Shown one piece after another: positions 22,585 through 36,180 of a stretch of DNA of 64,000 nt. The stretch lies in the NCBI RefSeq assembly GCF_009914755.1, contig NC_060929.1. One strand, written 5' to 3'. Positions within the stretch are counted from its first letter, which is position 1. Each line of letters opens with the position of its first letter. Under the pieces are notes generated by a model. The model did not search any database and was not told where the DNA came from. It was given only the letters and a program-made list of their open reading frames with translations. This DNA comes from the human T2T-CHM13v2.0 reference genome, Homo sapiens. Both the position numbers and the translations under genes were made by a program.

Positions 22585-25500
22585 GAATTCCCAGTAACTT
22601 CCTTGTGTTGTGTACATTCAACTCACAGAGTTGAACGTTCCCTTAGACAGAGCAGATTTGAAACACTCTTTTTGTGCAATTGGCAAGTGGAGATTTCAAG
22701 CGCTTTGAGGTCAATGGCAGAAAAGGAAATATCTTCGTTTCAAAACTAGACAGAATCATTCCCACAAACTGCGTTGTGATGTGTTCGTTCATCTCACAGA
22801 GTTTAACCTTTCTTTTCGTAGAGCAGTTAGGAAACAGTCTGTTTGTAAATTCTGTAAGTGGATATTCTGACATCTTGTGGCCTTCGTTGGAAACGGGATT
22901 TCTTCATATTCTGCTAGACAGAAGAATTCTCAGAATCTTCCTTGTGTTGTGTGTATTCAACTCACACAGTTGAACGATTGTTTACACAGAGCAGATTTGA
23001 AACACTCTTTCTGTGGAATTTGCAAGTGGAGATTTCAGCCGCTTTGAGGTCAATGGTAGAAAAGGAAATATCTTCGTATAAAAAACTAGACAGAATGATT
23101 CTCAGAAACTTCTTTGTGATGTGTGCGTTCAACTCACAGAGTTTAACCTTTCTTTTCATGGAGCAGTTAGGAAACACTCTGTTTGTAAACTCTGCAAGTG
23201 GATATTCAGACCTCTTTGAGGCCTTCGTTGGAAACGGGATTTCTTCATACTGTGCTAGACAGAAGAATTCTCAGTAACTTCCTTGTGTTGTGTGTATTCA
23301 ACTCACAGAGTTGAACGATCCTTTACACAGAGCAGACTTGAAACACTCTTTTTGTGGAATTTGCAAGTGGAGATTTCAGCCGCGTTGAGGTCAATGGTAG
23401 AAAAGGAAATATCTTCGTATAAAAACTAGACAGAATGATTCTCAGAAACTCCTTTGTGATGTGTGTGTTCAACTCACAGAGTTTAACATTTCTTTTCATA
23501 GAGCAGTTAGGAAACACTCTGTTTGTAAAGTCTGCAAGTGGATATTCAGACCTCTTTGAGGCCTTCGTTGGAAACGGGTTTTTTTCATATAAGGCTAGAC
23601 AGAAGAATTCCCAGTAACTTCCTTGTGTTGTGTGTGTTGAACTCACAGAGTTGAACTTTCATTTACACAGAGCAGATTTGAAACACTCTTTTTGTGGAAT
23701 TTGCAAGTGGAGATTTCAAGCGCTTTCAGGCCAAAGGCAGAAAAGGAAATATCTTCGTATAAAAACTAGACAGAATCATTCTCAGAAACTGCTCTGCGAT
23801 GTGTGCGTTCAACTCTCAGAGTTTAACTTTTCTTTTCATTCAGCAGTTTGGAAACACTCTGTTTGTAAAGTCTGCACGTGGATAATTTGACCACTTAGAG
23901 GCCTTCGTTGGAAACGGGTTTTTTTCATGTAAGGCTAGACAGAAGAATTCTCAGTAACTTCCTTGTGTTGTGTGTATTCAACTCACAGAGTTGACCGATC
24001 CTTTACACAGAGCAGACTTCTAACACTCTTTTTGTGGCATTTGCAAGTGGAGATTTCAGCCGCTTTGAAGTCAAAGGTAGAAAAGGGAATATCTTCCTAT
24101 AAAAACTAGACAGAATGATTCTCAGAAACTCCTTTGTGATGTGTGCGTTCAACTCACAGAGTTTAACCTTTCTTTTCATAGAGCAGTTAGGAAACACTCT
24201 GTTTCTAAAGTCTGCAAGTGGATATTCAGCCCTCTTTGAGGCCTTCGTTGGAAACGGGTTTTTTTCATATAAGGCTAGAGAGAAGAATTCCCAGTAACTT
24301 CCTTGTGTTGTGTGTGTTCAACTCACAGAGTTGAACTTTCATTTACACAGAGCAGATTTGAAACACTCTTTTTGTGGAATTTGCAAGTGGAGATTTCAAG
24401 CGCTGTGAGGCCAAAGGCAGAAAAGGAAATATCTTCGTATAAAAACTAGACAGAATCATTCTCAGAAACTGCTCTGTGATGTGTGCGTTCAACTCTCAGA
24501 GTTTAACTTTTCTTTTCATTCAGCAGTTTGGAAACACTCTGTTTGTAAAGTCTGCACGTGGATAATTTGACCACTTAGAGGCCTTCGTTGGAAACGGTTT
24601 TTTTTAATGTAAGGCTAGACAGAAGAATTCTCAGTAACTTCCTTGTGTTGTGTGTATTCAACTCACACAGTTGAACGATCCTTTACACAGAGCAGACTTG
24701 TAACACTCTTTTTGTGGAATTTGCAAGTGGAGATTTCAGCCGCTTTGAAGTCAAAGGTAGAAAAGGAAATATCTTCCTATAAAAACTAGACAGAATGATT
24801 CTCAGAAACTCCTTTGTGATGTGTGCGTTCAACTCACAGAGTTTAACCTTTCTTTTCATAGAGCAGTTAGGAAACACTCTGTTTGTAAAGTCTGCAAGTG
24901 GATATTCAGACCTCTTTGAGGCCTTCGTTGGAAACGGGTTTTTTTCATATAAGGCTAGACAGAAGAATTCCCAGTAACTTCCTTGTGTTGTGTGTGTTCA
25001 ACTCACAGAGTTGAACTTTCATTTACACAGAGCAGATTTGAAACACTCTTTTTGTGGAATTTGCAAATGGAGATTTCAAGCGCTTTGAGGCCAAAGGCAG
25101 AAAAGGAAATATCTTCGTATAAAAACTAGACAGAATCATTCTCAGAAACTGCTCTGCAATGTGTGCGTTCAACTCTCAGAGTTTAACTTTTCTTTTCATT
25201 CAGCAGTTTGGAAACACTCTGTTTGTAAAGTCTGCACGTGGATAATTTGACCACTTAGAGGCCTTCGTTGGAAACGGGTTTTTTTCATGTAAGGCTAGAC
25301 AGAAGAATTCTCAGTAACTTCCTTGTATTGTGTGTATTCAACTCACAGAGTTGAACGATCCTTTACACAGAGCAGACTTGTAACACTCTTTTTGTGGAAT
25401 TTGCAAGTGGAGATTTCAGCCGCTTTGAAGTCAAAGGTAGAAAAGGAAATATCTTCCTATAAAAACTAGACAGAATGATTCTCAGAAACTCCTTTGTGAT

Positions 25501-28500
25501 GTGTGCGTTCAACTCACAGAGTTTAACCTTTCTTTTCATAGAGCAGTTAGGAAACACTCTGCTTGTAAAGTCTGCAAGTGGATATTCAGCCCTCTTTGAG
25601 GCCTTCGTTGGAAACGGGTTTTTTTCATATAAGGCTAGACAGAAGAATTCCCAGTAACTTCCTTGTGTTGTGTGTGTTCAACTCACAGAGTTGAACTTTG
25701 ATTTACACAGAGCAGATTTGAAACACTCTTTTTGTGGAATTTGCAAGTGGAGATTTCAAGCGCTTTGAGGCCAAAGGCAGAAAAGGAAATATCTTCGTAT
25801 AAAAACTAGACAGAATCATTCTCAGAAACTGCTCTGCGATGTGTGCGTTCAACTCTCAGAGTTTAACTTTTCTTCTCATTCAGCAGTTTGGAAACACTCT
25901 GTTTGTAAAGTCTGCACGTGGATAATTTGACCACTTAGAGGCCTTCGTTGGAAACGGGTTTTTTTCATGTAAGGCTAGACAGAAGAATTCTCAGTAACTT
26001 CCTTGTGTTGTGTGTATTCAACTCACAGAGTTGAACGATCCTTTACACAGAGCAGACTTGTAACACTCTTTTTGTGGAATTTGCAAGTGGAGATTTCAGC
26101 CGCTTTGAAGTCAAAGGTAGAAAAGGAAATATCTTCCTATAAAAACTAGACAGAATGATTCTCAGAAACTCCTTTGTGATGTGTGTGTTCAACTCACAGA
26201 GTTTAACCTTTCTTTTCATAGAGCAGTTAGGAATCACTCTGTTTGTAAAGTCTGCAAGTGGATATTCAGACCTCTTTGAGGCCTTCGTTGGAAACGGGTT
26301 TTTTTCATATAAGGCTAGACAGAAGAATTCCCAGTAACTTCCTTGTGTTGTGTGTGTTCAACTCACAGAGTTGAACTTTCATTTACACAGAGCAGATTTG
26401 AAACACTCTTTTTGTGGAATTTGCAAATGGAGATTTCAAGCGCTTTGAGGCCAAAGGCAGAAAAGGAAATATCTTTGTATAAAAACTAGACAGAATCATT
26501 CTCAGAAACTGCTCTGCGATGTGTGCGTTCAACTCTCAGAGTTTAACTTTGCTTTTCATTCAGCAGTTTGGAAACACTCTGTTTGTAAAGTCTGCACGTG
26601 GATAATTTGACCACTTAGAGGCCTTCGTTGGAAACGGGTTTTTTTCATGTAAGGCTAGACAGAAGAATTCTCAGTAACTTCCTTGTGTTGTGTGTATTCA
26701 ACTCACACAGTTGAACGATCCTTTACACAGAGCAGACTTGTAACACTCTTTTTGTGGAATTTGCAAGTGGAGATTTCAGCCGCTTTGAAGTCAAAGGTAT
26801 AAAAGGAAATATCTTCCTATAAAAACTAGACAGAATGATTCTCAGAAACTCCTTTGAGATGTGTGCGTTCAACTCACAGAGTTTAACCTTTCTTTTCATA
26901 GAGCAGTTAGGAAACACTCTGTTTGTAAAGTCTCCAAGTGGATATTCAGACCTCTTTGAGGCCTTCGTTGGAAACGGGTTTTTTTCATATAAGGCTAGAC
27001 AGAAGAATTCCCAGTAACTTCCTTGTGTTGTGTGTGTTCAACTCACAGAGTTGAACTTTGATTTACACAGAGCAGATTTGAAACACTCTTTTTGTGGAAT
27101 TTGCAAGTGGAGATTTCAAGCGCTTTGAGGCCAAATGCAGAAAAGGAAATATCTTCGTATAAAAACTAGACAGAATCATTCTCAGAAACTGCTCTGCGAT
27201 GTGTGCGTTCAACTCTCAGAGTTTAACTTTTCTTTTCATTCAGCAGTTTGGAAACACTCTGTTTGTAAAGTCTGCACGTGGATATTTTGACCACTTAGAG
27301 GCCTTCGTTGGAAACGGGTTTTTTTCCTGTAAGGCTAGACAGAAGAATTCCCAGTAACTTCCTTGTGTTGTGTACATTCAACTCACAGAGTTGAACGTTC
27401 CCTTAGACAGAGCAGATTTGAAACACTCTTTTTGTGCAATTGGCAAGTGGAGATTTCAAGCGCTTTAAGGTCAATGGCAGAAAAGGAAATATCTTCGTTT
27501 CAAAACTAGACAGAATCATTCCCACAAACTGCGTTGTGATGTGTTCGTTCATCTCACAGAGTTTAACCTTTCTTTTCGTAGAGCAGTTAGGAAACAGTCT
27601 GTTTGTAAATTCTGTAAGTGGATATTCTGACATCTTGTGGCCTTCGTTGGAAACGGGATTTCTTCATATTCTGCTAGACAGAAGAATTCTCAGAATCTTC
27701 CTTGTGTTGTGTGTATTCAACTCACACAGTTGAACGATTGTTTACACAGAGCAGATTTGAAACACTCTTTTTGTGGAATTTGCAAGTGGAGATTTCAGCC
27801 GCTTTGAGGTCAATGGTAGAAAAGGAAATATCTTCGTATAAAAACTAGACAGAATGATTCTCAGAAACTTCTTTGTGATGTGTGCGTTCAACTCACAGAG
27901 TTTAACCTTTCTTTTCATAGAGCAGTTATGAAACACTCTGTTTGTAAACTCTGCAAGTGGATATTCAGACCTCTTTGAGGCCTTCGTTGGAAACGGGATT
28001 TCTTCATACTGTGCTAGACAGAAGAATTCTCAGTAACTTCCTTGTGTTGTGTGTATTCAACTCACAGAGTTGAACGATCCTTTACACAGAGCAGACTTGA
28101 AACACTCTTTTTGTGGAATTTGCAAGTGGAGATTTCAGCCGCGTTGAGGTCAATGGTAGAAAAGGAAATATCTTCGTATAAAAACTAGACAGAATGATTC
28201 TCAGAAACTCCTTTGTGATGTGTGTGTTCAACTCACAGAGTTTAACATTTCTTTTCATAGAGCAGTTAGGAAACACTCTGTTTGTAAAGTCTGCAAGTGG
28301 ATATTCAGACCTCTTTGAGGCCTTCGTTGGAAACGGGTTTTTTTCATATAAGGCTAGACAGAAGAATTCCCAGTAACTTCCTTGTGTTGTGTGTGTTCAA
28401 CTCACAGAGTTGAACTTTCATTTACACAGAGCAGATTTGAAACACTCTTTTTGTGGAATTTGCAAATGGAGATTTCAAGCGCTTTGAGGCCAAAGGCAGA

Positions 28501-31500
28501 AAAGGAAATATCTTCGTATAAAAACTAGACAGAATCATTCTCAGAAACTGCTCTGCGATGTGTGCGTTCAACTCTCAGAGTTTAACTTTGCTTTTCATTC
28601 AGCAGTTTGGAAACACTCTGTTTGTAAAGTCTGCACGTGGATAATTTGACCACTTAGAGGCCTTCGTTGGAAACGGGTTTTTTTCATGTAAGGCTAGACA
28701 GAAGAATTCTCAGTAACTTCCTTGTGTTGTGTGTATTCAACTCACACAGTTGAACGATCCTTTACACAGAGCAGACTTGTAACACTCTTTTTGTGGAATT
28801 TGCAAGTGGAGATTTCAGCCGCTTTGAAGTCAAAGGTAGAAAAGGAAATATCTTCCTATAAAAACTAGACAGAATGATTCTCAGAAACTCCTTTGTGATG
28901 TGTGCTTTCAACTCACAGAGTTTAACCTTTCTTTTCATAGAGCAGTTAGGAAACACTCTGTTTGTAAAGTCTGCAAGTGGATATTCAGACCTCTTTGAGG
29001 CCTTCGTTGGAAACGGGTTTTTTTCATATAAGGCTAGACAGAAGAATTCCCAGTAACTTCCTTGTGTTGTGTGTGTTCAACTCACAGAGTTGAACTTTCA
29101 TTTACACAGAGCAGATTTGAAACACTCTTTTTGTGGAATTTGCAAATGGAGATTTCAAGCGCTTTGAGGCCAAAGGCAGAAAAGGAAATATCTTCGTATA
29201 AAAACTAGACAGAATCATTCTCAGAAACTGCTCTGCGATGTGTGCGTTCAACTCTCAGAGTTTAACTTTGCTTTTCATTCAGCAGTTTGGAAACACTCTG
29301 TTTGTAAAGTCTGCACGTGGATAATTTGACCACTTAGAGGCCTTCGTTGGAAACGGGTTTTTTTCATGTAAGGCTAGACAGAAGAATTCTCAGTAACTTC
29401 CTTGTGTTGTGTGTATTCAACTCACACAGTTGAACGATCCTTTACACAGAGCAGACTTGTAACACTCTTTTTGTGGAATTTGCAAGTGGAGATTTCAGCC
29501 GCTTTGAACTCAAAGGTAGAAAAGGAAATATCTTCCTATAAAAACTAGACAGAATGATTCTCAGAAACTCCTTTGTGATGTGTGCTTTCAACTCACAGAG
29601 TTTAACCTTTCTTTTCATAGAGCAGTTAGGAAACACTCTGTTTGTAAAGTCTGCAAGTGGATATTCAGACCTCTTTGAGGCCTTCGTTGGAAACGGGTTT
29701 TTTTCATATAAGGCTAGACAGAAGAATTCCCAGTAACTTCCTTGTGTTGTGTGTGTTCAACTCACAGAGTTGAACTTTCATTTACACAGAGCAGATTTGA
29801 AACACTCTTTTTGTGGAATTTGCAAATGGAGATTTCAAGCGCTTTGAGGCCAAAGGCAGGAAAGGAAATATCTTCGTATAAAAACTAGACAGAATCATTC
29901 TCAGAAACTGCTCTGCGATGTGTGCGTTCAACTCTCAGAGTTTAACTTTGCTTTTCATTCAGCAGTTTGGAAACACTCTGTTTGTAAAGTCTGCACGTGG
30001 ATAATTTGACCACTTAGAGGCCTTCGTTGGAAACGGGTTTTTTTCATGTAAGGCTAGACAGAAGAATTCTCAGTAACTTCCTTGTGTTGTGTGTATTCAA
30101 CTCACAGAGTTGAACGATCCTTTACACAGAGCAGACTTGTAACACTCTTTTTGTGGAATTTGCAAGTGGAGATTTCAGCCGCTTTGAAGTCAAAGGTAGA
30201 AAAGGAAATATCTTCCTATAAAAACTAGACAGAATGATTCTCAGAAACTCCTTTGTGATGTGTGCGTTCAACTCACAGAGTTTAACCTTTCTTTTCATAG
30301 AGCAGTTAGGAAACACTCTGTTTGTAAAGTCTGCAAGTGGATATTCAGACCTCTTTGAGGCCTTCGTTGGAAACGGGTTTTTTTCATATAAGGCTAGACA
30401 GAAGAATTCCCAGTAACTTCCTTGTGTTGTGTGTGTTCAACTCACAGAGTTGAACTTTGATTTACACAGAGCAGATTTGAAACACTCTTTTTGTGGAATT
30501 TGCAAGTGGAGATTTCAAGCGCTTTGAGGCCAAAGGCAGAAAAGGAAATATCTTCGTATAAAAACTAGACAGAATCATTCTCAGAAACTGCTCTGCGATG
30601 TGTGCGTTCAACTCTCAGAGTTTAACTTTTCTTCTCATTCAGCAGTTTGGAAACACTCTGTTTGTAAAGTCTGCACGTGGATAATTTGACCACTTAGAGG
30701 CCTTCGTTGGAAACGGGTTTTTTTCATGTAAGGCTAGACAGAAGAATTCTCAGTAACTTCCTTGTGTTGTGTGTATTCAACTCACAGAGTTGAACGATCC
30801 TTTACACAGAGCAGACTTGTAACACTCTTTTTGTGGAATTTGCAAGTGGAGATTTCAGCCGCTTTGAAGTCAAAGGTAGAAAAGGAAATATCTTCCTATA
30901 AAAACTAGACAGAATGATTCTCAGAAACTCCTTTGTGATGTGTGTGTTCAACTCACAGAGTTTAACCTTTCTTTTCATAGAGCAGTTAGGAATCACTCTG
31001 TTTGTAAAGTCTGCAAGTGGATATTCAGACCTCTTTGAGGCCTTCGTTGGAAACGGGTTTTTTTCATATAAGGCTAGACAGAAGAATTCCCAGTAACTTC
31101 CTTGTGTTGTGTGTGTTCAACTCACAGAGTTGAACTTTCATTTACACAGAGCAGATTTGAAACACTCTTTTTGTGGAATTTGCAAATGGAGATTTCAAGC
31201 GCTTTGAGGCCAAAGGCAGAAAAGGAAATATCTTTGTATAAAAACTAGACAGAATCATTCTCAGAAACTGCTCTGCGATGTGTGCGTTCAACTCTCAGAG
31301 TTTAACTTTGCTTTTCATTCAGCAGTTTGGAAACACTCTGTTTGTAAAGTCTGCACGTGGATAATTTGACCACTTAGAGGCCTTCGTTGGAAACGGGTTT
31401 TTTTCATGTAAGGCTAGACAGAAGAATTCTCAGTAACTTCCTTGTGTTGTGTGTATTCAACTCACAGAGTTGAACGATCCTTTACACAGAGCAGACTTGT

Positions 31501-32103
31501 AACACTCTTTTTGTGGAATTTCCAAGTGGAGATTTCAGCCGCTTTGAAGTCAAAGGTAGAAAAGGAAATATCTTCCTATAAAAACTAGACAGAATGATTC
31601 TCAGAAACTCCTTTGTGATGTGTGCGTTCAACTCACAGAGTTTAACCTTTCTTTTCATAGAGCAGTTAGGAAACACTCTGTTTGTAAAGTCTCCAAGTGG
31701 ATATTCAGACCTCTTTGAGGCCTTCGTTGGAAACGGGTTTTATTCATATAAGGCTAGACAGAAGAATTCCCAGTAACTTCCTTGTGTTGTGTGTGTTCAA
31801 CTCACAGAGTTGAACTTTGATTTACACAGAGCAGATTTGAAACACTCTTTTTGTGGAATTTGCAAGTGGAGATTTCAAGCGCTTTGAGGCCAAAGGCAGA
31901 AAAGGAAATATCTTCGTATAAAAACTAGACAGAATCATTCTCAGAAACTGCTCTGCGATGTGTGCGTTCAACTCTCAGAGTTTAACTTTTCTTTTCATTC
32001 AGCAGTTTGGAAACACTCTGTTTGTAAAGTCTGCACGTGGATATTTTGACCACTTAGAGGCCTTCGTTGGAAACGGGTTTTTTTCCTGTAAGGCTAGACA
32101 GAA
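22585..32103 (+). repeat. Two 28-mer HOR variants (4760 and 4759 bp)
   Basis: C dimers start at 22585, 27345 and 32104. Confidence 0.88.
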
Positions 32104-35100
32104 GAATTCCCAGTAACTTCCTTGTGTTGTGTACATTCAACTCACAGAGTTGAACGTTCCCTTAGACAGAGCAGATTTGAAACACTCTTTTTGTGCAATT
32201 GGCAAGTGGAGATTTCAAGCGCTTTAAGGTCAATGGCAGAAAAGGAAATATCTTCGTTTCAAAACTAGACAGAATCATTCCCACAAACTGCGTTGTGATG
32301 TGTTCGTTCATCTCACAGAGTTTAACCTTTCTTTTCGTAGAGCAGTTAGGAAACAGTCTGTTTGTAAATTCTGTAAGTGGATATTCTGACATCTTGTGGC
32401 CTTCGTTGGAAACGGGATTTCTTCATATTCTGCTAGACAGAAGAATTCTCAGAATCTTCCTTGTGTTGTGTGTATTCAACTCACACAGTTGAACGATTGT
32501 TTACACAGAGCAGATTTGAAACACTCTTTCTGTGGAATTTGCAAGTGGAGATTTCAGCCGCTTTGAGGTCCATGGTAGAAAAGGAAATATCTTCGTATAA
32601 CAACTAGACAGAATGATTCTCAGAAACTTCTTTGTGATGTGTGCGTTCAACTCACAGAGTTTAACCTTTCTTTTCATGGAGCAGTTAGGAAACACTCTGT
32701 TTGTAAACTCTGCAAGTGGATATTCAGACCTCTTTGAGGCCTTCGTTGGAAACGGGATTTCTTCATACTGTGCTAGACAGAAGAATTCTCAGTAACTTCC
32801 TTGTGTTGTGTGTATTCAACTCACAGAGTTGAACGATCCTTTACACAGAGCGGACTTGAAACACTCTTTTTGTGGAATTTGCAAGTGGAGATTTCAGCCG
32901 CGTTGAGGTCAATGGTAGAAAAGGAAATATCTTCGTATAAAAACTAGACAGAATGATTCTCAGAAACTCCTTTGTGATGTGTGTGTTCAACTCACAGAGT
33001 TTAACATTTCTTTTCATAGAGCAGTTAGGAAACACTCTGTTTGTAAAGTCTGCAAGTGGATATTCAGACCTCTTTGAGGCCTTCGTTGGAAACGGGTTTT
33101 TTTCATATAAGGCTAGACAGAAGAATTCCCAGTAACTTCCTTGTGTTGTGTGTGTTCAACTCACAGAGTTGAACTTTCATTTACACAGAGCAGATTTGAA
33201 ACACTCTTTTTGTGGAATTTGCAAGTGGAGATTTCAAGCGCTTTGAGGCCAAAGGCAGAAAAGGAAATATCTTCGTATAAAAACTAGACAGAATCATTCT
33301 CAGAAACTGCTCTGCGATGTGTGCGTTCAACTCTCAGAGTTTAACTTTTCTTTTCATTCAGCAGTTTGGAAACACTCTGTTTGTAAAGTCTGCACGTGGA
33401 TAATTTGACCACTTAGAGGCCTTCGTTGGAAACGGGTTTTTTTCATGTAAGGCTAGACAGAAGAATTCTCAGTAACTTCCTTGTGTTGTGTGTATTCAAC
33501 TCACAGAGTTGAACGATCCTTTACACAGAGCAGACTTGTAACACTCTTTTTGTGGAATTTGCAAGTGGAGATTTCAGCCGCTTTCAAGTCAAAGGTAGAA
33601 AAGGAAATATCTTCCTATAAAAACTAGACAGAATGATTCTCAGAAACTCCTTTGTGATGTGTGCGTTCAACTCACAGAGTTTAACCTTTCTTTTCATAGA
33701 GCAGTTAGGAAACACTCTGCTTGTAAAGTCTTCAAGTGGATATTCAGCCCTCTTTGAGGCCTTCGTTGGAAACGGGTTTTTTTCATATAAGGCTAGACAG
33801 AAGAATTCCCAGTAACTTCCTTGTGTTGTGTGTGTTCAACTCACAGAGTTGAACTTTCATTTACACAGAGCAGATTTGAAACACTCTTTTTGTGGAATTT
33901 GCAAGTGGAGATTTCAAGCGCTTTGAGGCCAAAGGCAGAAAAGGAAATATCTTCGTATAAAAACTAGACAGAATCATTCTCAGAAACTGCTCTGCGATGT
34001 GTGCGTTCAACTCTCAGAGTTTAACTTTTCTTTTCATTCAGCAGTTTGGAAACACTCTGTTTGTAAAGTCTGCACGTGGATATTTTGACCACTTAGAGGC
34101 CTTCGTTGGAAACGGGTTTTTTTCCTGTAAGGCTAGACAGAAGAATTCCCAGTAACTTCCTTGTGTTGTGTACATTCAACTCACAGAGTTGAACGTTCCC
34201 TTAGACAGAGCAGATTTGGAACACTCTTTTTGTGCAATTGGCAAGTGGAGATTTCAAGCGCTTTGAGGTCAATGGCAGAAAAGGAAATATCTTCGTTTCA
34301 AAACTAGACAGAATCATTCCCACAAACTGCGTTGTGATGTGTTCGTTCAACTCACAGAGTTTAACCTTTCTTTTCATAGAGCAGTTAGGAAACAGCCTGT
34401 TTGAAAATTCTGTAAGTGGATATTCTGACATCTTGTGGCCTTCGTTGGAAACGGGATTTCTTCATATTCTGCTAGACAGAAGAATTCTCAGAATCTTCCT
34501 TGTGTTGTGTGTATTCAACTCACAGAGTTGAACGATGGTTTACACAGAGCAGATTTGAAACACTCATTTGGTGGAATTTGCAAGTGGAGATTTCAGCCGC
34601 TTTGAGGTCAATGGTAGAAAAGGAAATATCTTCGTATAACAACTAGACAGAATGATTCTCAGAAACTTCTTTGTGATGTGTGTGTTCAACTCACAGAGTT
34701 TAACCTTTCTTTTCATAGAGCAGTTAGGAAACACTGTGTTTTTAAACTCTGCAAGTGGATATTCAGACCTCTTTGAGGCCTTCGTTGGAAACGGGTTTCT
34801 TCATACTGTGCTAGACAGAAGAATTCTCAGTAACTTCCTTGTGTTGTGTGTATTCAACTCACAGAGTTGAACGATCCTTTACACAGAGCCGACTTGAAAC
34901 ACTCTTTTTGTGGAATTTGCAAGTGGAGATTTCAGCCGCGTTGAGGTCAATGGTAGAAAAGGAAATATCTTCGTATAAAAACTAGACAGAATGATTCTCA
35001 GAAACTGCTTTGTGATGTGTGTGTTCAACTCACAGAGTTTAACATTTCTTTTCATAGAGCAGTTAGGAAACACTCTGTTTGTAAAGTCTGCAAGTGGATA

Positions 35101-36180
35101 TTCAGACCTCTTTGAGGCCTTCGTTGGAAACGGGTTTTTTTCATATAAGGCTAGACAGAAGAATTCCCAGTAACTTCCTTGTGTTGTGTGTGTTCAACTC
35201 ACAGAGTTGAACTTTCATTTACACAGAGCAGATTTGAAACACTCTTTTTGTGGAATTTGCAAGTGGAGATTTCAAGCGCTTTGAGGCCAAAGGCAGAAAA
35301 GGAAATATCTTCGTATAAAAACTAGACAGAATCATTCTCAGAAACTGCTCTGCGATGTGTGCGTTCAACTCTCAGAGTTTAACTTTTCTTTTCATTCAGC
35401 AGTTTGGAAACACTCTGTTTGTAAAGTCTGCACGTGGATAATTTGACCACTTAGAGGCCTTCGTTGGAAACGGGTTTTTTTCATGTAAGGCTAGACAGAA
35501 GAATTCTCAGTAACTTCCTTGTGTTGTGTGTATTCAACTCACAGAGTTGAACGATCCTTTACACAGAGCAGACTTGTAACACTCTTTTTGTGGAATTTGC
35601 AAGTGGAGATTTCAGCCGCTTTGAAGTCAAAGGTAGAAAAGGAAATATCTTCCTATAAAAACTAGACAGAATGATTCTCAGAAACTCCTTTGTGATGTGT
35701 GCGTTCAACTCACAGAGTTTAACCTTTCTTTTCATAGAGCAGTTAGGAAACACTCTGCTTGTAAAGTCTGCAAGTGGATATTCAGCCCTCTTTGAGGCCT
35801 TCGTTGGAAACGGGTTTTTTTCATATAAGGCTAGACAGAAGAATTCCCAGTAACTTCTTTGTGTTGTGTGTGTTCAACTCACAGAGTTGAACTTTGATTT
35901 ACACAGAGCAGATTTGAAACACTCTTTTTGTGGAATTTGCAAGTGGAGATTTCAAGCGCTTTGAGGCCAAAGGCAGAAAAGGAAATATCTTCGTATAAAA
36001 ACTAGACAGAATCATTCTCAGAAACTGCTCTGCGATGTGTGCGTTCAACTCTCAGAGTTTAACTTTTCTTTTCATTCAGCAGTTTGGAAACACTCTGTTT
36101 GTAAAGTCTGCACGTGGATATTTTGACCACTTAGAGGCCTTCGTTGGAAACGGGTTTTTTTCCTGTAAGGCTAGACAGAA
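32104..36180 (+). repeat. Two 12-mer HOR units, relatively diverged
   Basis: C dimers start at 32104, 34143 and 36181; many private substitutions. Confidence 0.88.

Larger units (their letters stand above)
9447..31185 (+). repeat. Near-identical ~10.2-kb direct duplication (9447-19626 vs 21006-31185; offset 11,559)
   Basis: Rare variants recur at the same offset: ORF pairs 11383/22942, 12444/24003, 15164/26723 and 17883/29442, and mutated CENP-B boxes at 13024/24583. Confidence 0.9.
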
